Virus record (IMG/VR): IMGVR_UViG_3300035034_000734
Direction: 5' to 3' (one strand)
DNA: 64,000 nt
DNA from: an uncultured virus (IMG/VR IMGVR_UViG_3300035034_000734)
Lineage: Duplodnaviria > Heunggongvirae > Uroviricota > Caudoviricetes
The position numbers were made by a program, and so were the translations under genes. Under the pieces are notes generated by a model that ran no database searches, was not told the origin of the DNA, and saw nothing but the letters and a program-made list of their open reading frames with translations. Positions 56,830-64,000 of this stretch are shown piece after piece. Position 1 is the first letter of the stretch, and every line of letters begins with the position of its first letter.

Positions 56830-58293
56830 ATGCACATCCCTTCATCGACGCCGAGTGCGTCAACCATGAGTGGTGTATTCTGTGAAATGATCGATTACGA
56901 TCGCCTCTATGAATCGGTATCCGATCATGCGATACTGGTTAATACCTTTAACATCCGAAACGACGCTGAGAAGGAACGATTGAACCGCTTGTTGTACACC
57001 GAGTACGACGGCGATACGCTGGACACCATGCCTGCCTGCGACTGTGGCATCCTACGGGGTGAATACAACAAAGGCGTTCGCTGTACGAACTGTGGTACGG
57101 TGGTCGTGTCGGTAACAGAGCGTCCTATGGAATCTCTGTTGTGGATCAAATCCCCAGACGGTGTGAAGGCGTTCATCTCTCCGGCGGCCTGGAACGTGTT
57201 GAATTCCATGTTCAGTCACCGAGGCGTTCAGATGATCCGATGGTTGACCGATCCGACCTACACTCCGAACAAGGGTGTGGATAAGACCGATCCGCTGTTT
57301 GATAAATTTCGCGACATCAACTGGAAGCGGTCCATCAACCACTTCATCGAGCACTTCGATACGGCACTGAACGTTATGTTTGATGCCCGAGTGGTCAGTC
57401 CCATTCCAAGGCGTCGTCGTACGGAACAATTCATTGAGGAGAATCGAGACAGGTTCTTCCCCACGTACTTACCCATCCCTAACCGTTCGATCTTCATCAC
57501 CGAGAAGACGGCCATGGGCACTTACGCCGACAACGTGATGTACTCAGCGATCGATGCTGTGCGCACCATGACGTCTTTGGACTCTGGTATTGGTCCAGCG
57601 ACACAACGGATCAAGGAGAATCGGACTGTAAAGGTGATTCAGCAATTGTCCACCTATTACACCGAATACACCAAGAACAACCTGTCCAAGAAGCCCGGTA
57701 TGTTTCGTCGGCAGGTCTACGGTTCTCGACTGGATTTTTCTGGTCGGGCGGTAATCAGTTCGTTGTCGCACCCCCACAGTTATGACGAATTGCATTTCCC
57801 TTGGGGCTTAGCAGTAATGATGATGAAGACTCACATTACTAGCAAACTCCTCAGGCGCGGTCTGACCCCATCGCAATCCGAAGAATTCTTGATGCTCCAC
57901 ACCACCAAACATCACCCACTACTGGAGACGATCTTCAACGAGTTGATCAGTGAACATCCTCAAGGACGACTACCGGTGTTGTTTCAGCGAAATCCCTCGC
58001 TGGTACGCGGTTCAGCTCAACAGTTGTACATCAGTAAGATCAAACCGGACCCCAACGTCAACACCATTAGTTTCTCAGTCCTCGCCTTGGCAGCGCCTAA
58101 CGCCGACTTCGATGGCGACGAGATGAACGTAGAGATGTTGCTTGATCAGAAAGAACTAAAGGCGTTCAGTCGATTGGCCCCACATATGGGCGTTCTTGAT
58201 ACACACGCCCCGTTTAAGATATCAGGAAACATCAAGCTACCTGGGCCGGTCATGTCAACCATTGTCTCATGGATGCATGCTGGTGAGGAGTGA
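56830..58293 (+). CDS. rpoC: non-virion RNA polymerase beta' subunit, N-terminal catalytic fragment (phiKZ gp55-56.1-like), uninterrupted
   Basis: Zn finger CDCG..CTNC, KPGMFRRQVYGSRLDFSGRAVI, QRNPSL and catalytic PNADFDGDEM. Confidence 0.93.
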   Translation: MHIPSSTPSASTMSGVFCEMIDYDRLYESVSDHAILVNTFNIRNDAEKERLNRLLYTEYDGDTLDTMPACDCGILRGEYNKGVRCTNCGTVVVSVTERPMESLLWIKSPDGVKAFISPAAWNVLNSMFSHRGVQMIRWLTDPTYTPNKGVDKTDPLFDKFRDINWKRSINHFIEHFDTALNVMFDARVVSPIPRRRRTEQFIEENRDRFFPTYLPIPNRSIFITEKTAMGTYADNVMYSAIDAVRTMTSLDSGIGPATQRIKENRTVKVIQQLSTYYTEYTKNNLSKKPGMFRRQVYGSRLDFSGRAVISSLSHPHSYDELHFPWGLAVMMMKTHITSKLLRRGLTPSQSEEFLMLHTTKHHPLLETIFNELISEHPQGRLPVLFQRNPSLVRGSAQQLYISKIKPDPNVNTISFSVLALAAPNADFDGDEMNVEMLLDQKELKAFSRLAPHMGVLDTHAPFKISGNIKLPGPVMSTIVSWMHAGEE

Positions 58294-58350
58294 GGTGCCT
58301 CAATTTGCACGGACAACCCGTACCGTATGAGACTCAGAAGGAGTACTTAA

Positions 58351-58977
58351 ATGCCTCAATTCTACACGGGCGATCAGAGTATGATCTCGGCATTTGCGCA
58401 CGGTGAAACCCACCCCGGCACCGCGCGTTATCTCGAGAACATGATCTCCCAACCCACACAAGCGCTGGGCGCTGCCAGTCAGGCGTTGATGCAACAAACC
58501 GGAGAACTCTATGATCGATTCATGGGTTCCGAGGCGATGCGGCGGATACGAGCAGCAGGCAGACAAATCGCCAGCCATTGGCAACGCAATGAAATCCTCC
58601 CGATGGAGACAACGGAGCAACTACAAACGGCCCCGCTGAAAATGCATCGCTGGTTGATGGCAGAACCCAACATTCGGGCTCTGTATCATCAAAACCAATG
58701 CGACGGCTACAGCGATACGTATGTAGATGCCGCACCAGGATTCATCGGTCCCGATCATGAGGATTACCAACGCGTTATGGACGGCATCGTCGAAGATAGC
58801 GATGAATCATCGGAATACGAGTGGTCGTCTACGGAATATATGTACGACTTGCCTGAAGATGAGCGAGAGTTTATCTTTGATGAGCAGTTTGACATCCTTC
58901 GTAGCTGGCACACCATGGCCGAGTCTGTAATGGCCAAGGAAGACGATCCGACTTCTCGCTGGAACGCCGAGCTGTAA
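58351..58977 (+). CDS. conserved protein (phiKZ gp59/Imp3-like position)
   Basis: 208 aa, AAGGAG RBS; MHRWLMAEP, CDGYSDTY, DDPTS motifs; synteny. Confidence 0.55.
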   Translation: MPQFYTGDQSMISAFAHGETHPGTARYLENMISQPTQALGAASQALMQQTGELYDRFMGSEAMRRIRAAGRQIASHWQRNEILPMETTEQLQTAPLKMHRWLMAEPNIRALYHQNQCDGYSDTYVDAAPGFIGPDHEDYQRVMDGIVEDSDESSEYEWSSTEYMYDLPEDEREFIFDEQFDILRSWHTMAESVMAKEDDPTSRWNAEL

Positions 58978-59033
58978 TCTGGTTTAGGTAGGGGTGACGC
59001 CCTGCCTAAATTTTTTTGTCGATAGGTGACGAT

Positions 59034-59672
59034 ATGCTAGGTAGCATGCAGTCTTTCAACGACGATCAATCTGTAAGTCGAATTGCACCGCCGATGTATT
59101 TGGTTGATGGAAACGTCGTTGCGTTAGAACGCCCCAACTCAGAACTGACGGTTGGTTGGCCGTTCGCTGAAGTAGTGGATGGTATGCCTCGGTGGTACAT
59201 CCCAGCCGACGAAGCCTACCTTATCTATCGACGGCTAAAGAAGTCGATGACCGCGATTGGTTTAAGTTTTTTGGACTTAGAAAGTAGGTTCTTGTACAAG
59301 TCAAGTTCCCCCATGCCTCCTCCTAGGAGAATCAGAATGAGAAAATTAAGCGGTCTTCTTCTAGACCGGATGGCATCCATTGCGATCGATGTCGCCCACG
59401 CAGACGAAGCCAATAAAATGGCGTTAAAGTTGTATCAGATGTTGCCGGTGGATCATCGAGCGTGTTTGGACCATCACGTTCAAAAAGGACCCCATATTGC
59501 ACAAGGATATGAGCTTCACGAACATCAGCAAGAACTTGTACAAATTGGTCTATTGACGCGCATTGTGGTTTCCGGTAAGACAGGTAGCATTGCGGCTAAC
59601 ATGACGGCCGTTCACGTCTATACTGCTGGACTAGCCGTTTCCGCAGAATCTCACAAGGGTAATAACCGATGA
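59034..59672 (+). CDS. hypothetical protein
   Basis: ORF after the terminator at 58983-59020; AGGTG RBS. Confidence 0.55.
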   Translation: MLGSMQSFNDDQSVSRIAPPMYLVDGNVVALERPNSELTVGWPFAEVVDGMPRWYIPADEAYLIYRRLKKSMTAIGLSFLDLESRFLYKSSSPMPPPRRIRMRKLSGLLLDRMASIAIDVAHADEANKMALKLYQMLPVDHRACLDHHVQKGPHIAQGYELHEHQQELVQIGLLTRIVVSGKTGSIAANMTAVHVYTAGLAVSAESHKGNNR

Positions 59673-60061
59673 CACGGGTTCCAACACTGACACCGGCTGG
59701 TTGGGTCGATGACGTTGTGTCCATGAGCGTCAAGTTAATGGACTACTTTCTCGTCACCGAACACAGTCAATCACATTTGTACCGAGGTAACATCACGTCC
59801 TTAACGTACTTGGTGCAACAATACGGCAGCGAACCCGATGCCTTGGCTGAACACACTCGTGCAAACCTTCAGAACCACCTCTCACGGTACTTTGATGAGG
59901 TACAGGTCAACACCTCCATTACCAACTTAAATGGTCCTGACGGTCGTTACAACCTTATACTTGACGTCTTACTGTCAAAAGACGGCAAACAACACAGCTT
60001 GGGACGCTTGTTAGAAATAGGGGAATCTAAGGTTCTCTCGGTTTCTGACAAATCCGCTTGA
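59669..60061 (+). CDS. conserved phiKZ-family hypothetical protein
   Basis: 130 aa; VPTLT..GW, SQSHLYRGNITSL motifs. Confidence 0.65.
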   Translation: MTRVPTLTPAGWVDDVVSMSVKLMDYFLVTEHSQSHLYRGNITSLTYLVQQYGSEPDALAEHTRANLQNHLSRYFDEVQVNTSITNLNGPDGRYNLILDVLLSKDGKQHSLGRLLEIGESKVLSVSDKSA

Positions 60062-60078
60062 TAAACAAGGAAACGAAT

Positions 60079-60723
60079 ATGCTTTCGAACAGTCAGCGCA
60101 TTGAGTTAGTGCGGCGCATGGAAGTCATAACTCAGGAAATGAACGACATCGCTCACATTCTGAACACCAACCCAGTACCAGTGACCGACGACGACATCGA
60201 TCGTGGCGTGCGGTCTCTGTTGAAACAAGAAGCCACTCTCGTGTTATCGTCGTTGTCCCGTCAACTTGAGGACGGGATCGACAACACCGTATTGGCGACG
60301 TATCATCCCCGACAGTCGGGGGACAAATGTCTGAAGGCCTATGCCCGTGAGACCACCAAAGAAGCTTTGATGGTGTTTAAACGGATGTTAGAGCTGGGCA
60401 ATTATCGATACGCCACCAAGGAAGATGAAGGGTCTGAAGCGTTCTGTGTTCAGTTGCAGTTCTCTGAAACAACTCCCGACGTCCGGCTGGAAATGGTTCG
60501 AGTAGAACCGTCTCAACCCATAGCGCAGATTGGCCCTAATCGTCGAGTCCGCCAGCTTATGTCGGAGGAAACCTTACGACAACACCTAGATCACACCAAG
60601 GTTAATCGAGCTGACGTTGAACAGGCCGTTATTGAACAACAACGACAGATGTCCGAAGACGATATCGTCTGGTTCCACGTTGACGTTACCAATCAAAAAG
60701 CCGCCGATAAAGCGACTGGTTAA
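60079..60723 (+). CDS. hypothetical protein
   Basis: AAGGA RBS before ATG 60079. Confidence 0.65.
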   Translation: MLSNSQRIELVRRMEVITQEMNDIAHILNTNPVPVTDDDIDRGVRSLLKQEATLVLSSLSRQLEDGIDNTVLATYHPRQSGDKCLKAYARETTKEALMVFKRMLELGNYRYATKEDEGSEAFCVQLQFSETTPDVRLEMVRVEPSQPIAQIGPNRRVRQLMSEETLRQHLDHTKVNRADVEQAVIEQQRQMSEDDIVWFHVDVTNQKAADKATG

Positions 60724-60785
60724 TTTCGACAGCTTTTCGTCATTATTTGACTAAGAGCCATCGATAAGAACAGGAAGGACACCCC

Positions 60786-61313
60786 ATGGCAGAACTTGAT
60801 GAAAAGTCGTTAGATGCCATCCTCGACCGAGAGGAAAAAGACATCGCTCGAATCAGTGAGAACGAGTTTAAAATGCGTCTCTTACCGGTACTGGTAAATC
60901 AAGGCGATGAAAGTAACCTGCAAGCTTGGTTAGCCGTGGCTGGGACTTGGCGCCGTCAAGTTGAAGTACTCGACGACAAAACTGGTGAGCCGCTGTTCAT
61001 TGTACCGGCGTTGGTTGGTGGTACGGGTCAACCGACCTTACAGACCGCCGCCAATTCAGCGTATGAGTTGATTGAGAACGCTCAGAAGAAGATGCGAGTC
61101 GTTCCCAGAGCCGGTGATGAAATGTTGATTAAGGGATTAACGTCTCGAGTCAGCGTGGCAGGCGATCGTCAGAAAGCAATCGATGCGTGGAACTACATCT
61201 ACCGTCGATACGGGTATGACGATCTCGTTGTTAAAAGCAACAGCGATTCAACCAAAGAAGATGAGGCACCAGTTAAGTCGGGATCGGATTTCTCCGGGTA
61301 CGACGAAGCCTGA
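60786..61313 (+). CDS. conserved phiKZ-family hypothetical protein
   Basis: 175 aa, AAGGA RBS, TGATG coupling to the nuclease gene. Confidence 0.65.
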   Translation: MAELDEKSLDAILDREEKDIARISENEFKMRLLPVLVNQGDESNLQAWLAVAGTWRRQVEVLDDKTGEPLFIVPALVGGTGQPTLQTAANSAYELIENAQKKMRVVPRAGDEMLIKGLTSRVSVAGDRQKAIDAWNYIYRRYGYDDLVVKSNSDSTKEDEAPVKSGSDFSGYDEA

Positions 61314-62431
61314 TGTTGAATCAAACCCTTCGTATCGCAACGTTCTCAGATGTCCACCTAGGGCACCGGAGAACGCCAACCGAGTCGATCATTGAAAACC
61401 TGAAACGCGACATTCCTGATACCGCTGAAACGGGGAAGTTGGATGTGATCTTTATACCGGGCGATCTGTTCGACCGGTTTTTGACACTGCCAGACACCAA
61501 CGTTTATGAGATCCATGCGTGGATTGCGCGGTTGCTTCGCACGTGTAAACGTCGTGACATCGTACTGCGTGTCTTAGAAGGCACGCCGTCGCACGATTGG
61601 AAACAGAGTCGTCTTGTTGAGAGCATCAATGAGAACACGGGCATCGATGCTGATGCCCGCCACGTCCCTGATCTTTCAATCGAACACCACCAACGGTTTG
61701 ACATGGACATCATGTACATTCCCGACGAGTGGTCCAGCGACAACGACGACACCTGGAAACAAGTCCAACAGCTGTTGAGCGAACATCGCTTAGAGCAGGT
61801 AGACTTTATCCTGATGCACGGACAGTTCCCATATCAGCTACCTCCCCACGTGAACGTTCCAACGCACGACCCCGATCGCTATGTGTCGATTTGTCGGCAT
61901 TATGTGTTTTGTGGTCACGTGCACATACCCAGTCGATATGAGAACATCATTGTACCTGGGTCCTACGATCGTTTAACTCACGGTGAGGAACACCCGAAAG
62001 GTCATTGGCGCGTCTTAGTCAACCCCAAAGGGGACGACGAGGTTGTGTTCTATGAGAACCACGGGGCAACGCTGTACAAAAGTGTGGACTGCTGTCATTT
62101 AAGTGTAGAAGAGGCTTTAGAGAAAGTTGACCAACTGGTGGAACCTTTACTGGCTGGCTCACACGTCCGTGTCGAGGCAGATCGAGAAGACCCCATTGCG
62201 TCCTCGCTGGATGTGTTGAAACGCAAGTACCCTCAATTTAACTGGGCCAGCAAACTTCAAAGTAAAGCGAAGTCAGGAAAAGAGATGTTGCAGGACATGC
62301 GCGCCAAGTATCAGACCAAACCCATCACACAGCGCACCATTGGCGATATGGTTGGGGGGCGGTTGAAACAAATGGAGTGCGATGATTCGACTATTCAACA
62401 GTGTTTAAACGCACTGGGTGAGGTCACCTGA
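61313..62431 (+). CDS. sbcD: SbcD/Mre11-like metallophosphoesterase nuclease
   Basis: SDVHLG, GDLFD, GTPSHD, MHG, GHVH and PGS motifs. Confidence 0.88.
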   Translation: MLNQTLRIATFSDVHLGHRRTPTESIIENLKRDIPDTAETGKLDVIFIPGDLFDRFLTLPDTNVYEIHAWIARLLRTCKRRDIVLRVLEGTPSHDWKQSRLVESINENTGIDADARHVPDLSIEHHQRFDMDIMYIPDEWSSDNDDTWKQVQQLLSEHRLEQVDFILMHGQFPYQLPPHVNVPTHDPDRYVSICRHYVFCGHVHIPSRYENIIVPGSYDRLTHGEEHPKGHWRVLVNPKGDDEVVFYENHGATLYKSVDCCHLSVEEALEKVDQLVEPLLAGSHVRVEADREDPIASSLDVLKRKYPQFNWASKLQSKAKSGKEMLQDMRAKYQTKPITQRTIGDMVGGRLKQMECDDSTIQQCLNALGEVT

Positions 62432-63285
62432 TGAGACAGTCTGAAGACATCCTCGCAGAACGGGAAATGGGTCAGTACCCTATCTCGATAGGCACGTCGT
62501 TGGCGCTTGAAGGCGCCAACGGCATCTATCCGGAGCGGGAAGAAAGTCCACCCCCGATTCTTAAATACAACCGATTGTGGGTCAACGTCGACACCTTGTT
62601 CCGAAACCTCTTTGGCAGTCTGACTGCTGAGGAGCAGGCTCGGGTCGTTGCGAAGGATTTGGCAATCGCCATGGCATCTGAATTCGGCCCTATCGACGCT
62701 GCCGTTGCGGAGTCGGCGGGACAGAAAATCAAAGTGACGTTCTATCAGAATTACCACAGTAAAATGTCGCAATGGTTTCCGAAAGCCAATCTGAAGAAAC
62801 CCACGACTCCTAAACAGCGCATCTTTGCCGGACTCCGAGCAGAGACGCTGAGACACTTACCCGATTACCTAGACGAGGTCGATTACCGACGCGTCGATGG
62901 CATAATAGACGGCGATGGCCGTTCTCTCATTCTAACGCACAGTGCGTTGGATTTACTGTCAGTGGCTCGTTTTGACGAGTTGGCTCTTCTGGAGTCTCAC
63001 ACTGGTAAAATAAAACCTCGATCTCAGTGGGGGACCAAACTGGGTGTGAAAGACGAAACGATTCCCTTCAATGCTTTCACCCTGCAAGTGTTTGGAGATG
63101 GATCAACGTTGTTCACCCCATTATCGATCAAGTACCGTCGAGCGATCTTAGAGGTTGCCAAGAAAGATCGATGGGTCAGCGTGTCAACTCTTGCAAAGAT
63201 TCGCATGGGATTGAACACGATCAAAGACCCAGTGATTCGTCAAGAGATCCTTGACTTGATGGATCATACATCATTTCCAACATAA
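62431..63285 (+). CDS. conserved phiKZ-family protein (gp66-like position)
   Basis: 284 aa; PISIGTSLALE, LLESHTG, TLQVFGD motifs. Confidence 0.65.
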   Translation: MRQSEDILAEREMGQYPISIGTSLALEGANGIYPEREESPPPILKYNRLWVNVDTLFRNLFGSLTAEEQARVVAKDLAIAMASEFGPIDAAVAESAGQKIKVTFYQNYHSKMSQWFPKANLKKPTTPKQRIFAGLRAETLRHLPDYLDEVDYRRVDGIIDGDGRSLILTHSALDLLSVARFDELALLESHTGKIKPRSQWGTKLGVKDETIPFNAFTLQVFGDGSTLFTPLSIKYRRAILEVAKKDRWVSVSTLAKIRMGLNTIKDPVIRQEILDLMDHTSFPT

Positions 63286-63312
63286 ACCCGTAATCCTCTA
63301 GGAGGAACACAC

Positions 63313-64000
63313 ATGGACCAAGATAAACCCATCATCATTGATGATAAGAAGTTTGCGCTCTATGGTAAACCGGTTGAAGGCGGCCGCGGTGCTCCGAAGA
63401 TGCAATTTGGCGTCTTTCGTGGTAACCCGAACGTGGTAGTCTTTACCAACGACCCGAGTGACCCTGAAAAGAAACCGATTCGTGCAGCTATGGACCCCGT
63501 TATCTGGGGTGGCTTCATTGAATTGATCAAGATGGCGGCCGATGCTGATCCGAACTGGCAGCGTCGTATCCCGAACCGGAAAGGGCCTCCTCAGAAGACG
63601 TTCGTTGAGTCGGTAACGATCGTTGGTAAAGATGCGGAAGGTGTGGTGTACATTGCTATTAACAAGCAAGGTCGTCCTACCAAGAAGATTCCCATTCTTC
63701 CTGGTATGTACGCTGATCTGACCGACGATCAAGGCAACCCGATCCCGGACGGTGAGAAGTCGGTGGTGTTTGCGAAAGGGTTTGCAATCACTCTAAACCA
63801 CATCATGCTGGACCTGATGCGTGAAACGTACGAACCGGCTCAACCGCCAGGCGGACAGCAAGGTGGTGGTGGTGGTTACAACCGCGGCGGTGGCGGCGGT
63901 GGTGGTTACCAACAGCAACGCGGGGGTCAACCCAGCGGCGGTGGCGGTGCTCCACAAGGTGGCGGCGGCGCTCCACAGGGCGGCGGCAGTTTCGAAGACG
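63313..64000 (+). CDS. ChmC-like nucleus-associated RNA-binding protein (phiKZ gp67-like position), cut by the window end
   Basis: Absent from the ORF track. AGGAGG RBS, ATG 63313, MDQDKPIIIDDKKFALYGK.. beta-rich domain, then a Gly/Gln-rich tail with RGG motifs; open to 64000. Confidence 0.65.
   Translation, partial: MDQDKPIIIDDKKFALYGKPVEGGRGAPKMQFGVFRGNPNVVVFTNDPSDPEKKPIRAAMDPVIWGGFIELIKMAADADPNWQRRIPNRKGPPQKTFVESVTIVGKDAEGVVYIAINKQGRPTKKIPILPGMYADLTDDQGNPIPDGEKSVVFAKGFAITLNHIMLDLMRETYEPAQPPGGQQGGGGGYNRGGGGGGGYQQQRGGQPSGGGGAPQGGGGAPQGGGSFED

Noticed and set aside
1..64000. CRISPR array, tRNA genes, transposase or integrase
   Set aside because: No regularly spaced direct repeats, cloverleaf with T-loop consensus, or recombinase motifs were seen by eye. 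A tRNAscan/CRISPR scan would be needed to exclude them fully.
63850..64000. GGC/GGT tandem repeats as a non-coding repeat element
   Set aside because: They encode the glycine-rich tail of the ChmC-like protein.

Overview
This window is part of a nucleus-forming jumbo phage genome (phiKZ-like, Chimalliviridae). It carries the virion RNA polymerase subunits (phiKZ gp149-, gp180- and gp178-like), tape measure, prohead protease, tail sheath and tube, baseplate-region proteins, large terminase, PhuZ tubulin, the polymerase half of a split family-B DNA polymerase, chimallin (ChmA), a non-virion RNAP beta' subunit, an SbcD/Mre11-like nuclease and the start of a ChmC-like RNA-binding protein. Standout observations: (1) the virion RNAP beta gene is interrupted twice, by an in-frame TAA at 18424-18426 and by a 659-nt group I intron (19597-20255) with only a nuclease-less homing-endonuclease remnant; (2) four unannotated, heavily base-paired non-coding elements, two of them next to phuZ and chmA and one with an RsmA/CsrA-type AGGGA hairpin; (3) eight small, very divergent proteins between phuZ and the DNA polymerase that share one architecture; (4) an apparently host-derived YbaK-like/HDOD gene; (5) an extended early-promoter motif and a terminator family with conserved flanks. 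No database searches or folding programs were run. Gene identities come from motifs and recalled phiKZ synteny, and helices were found by eye.
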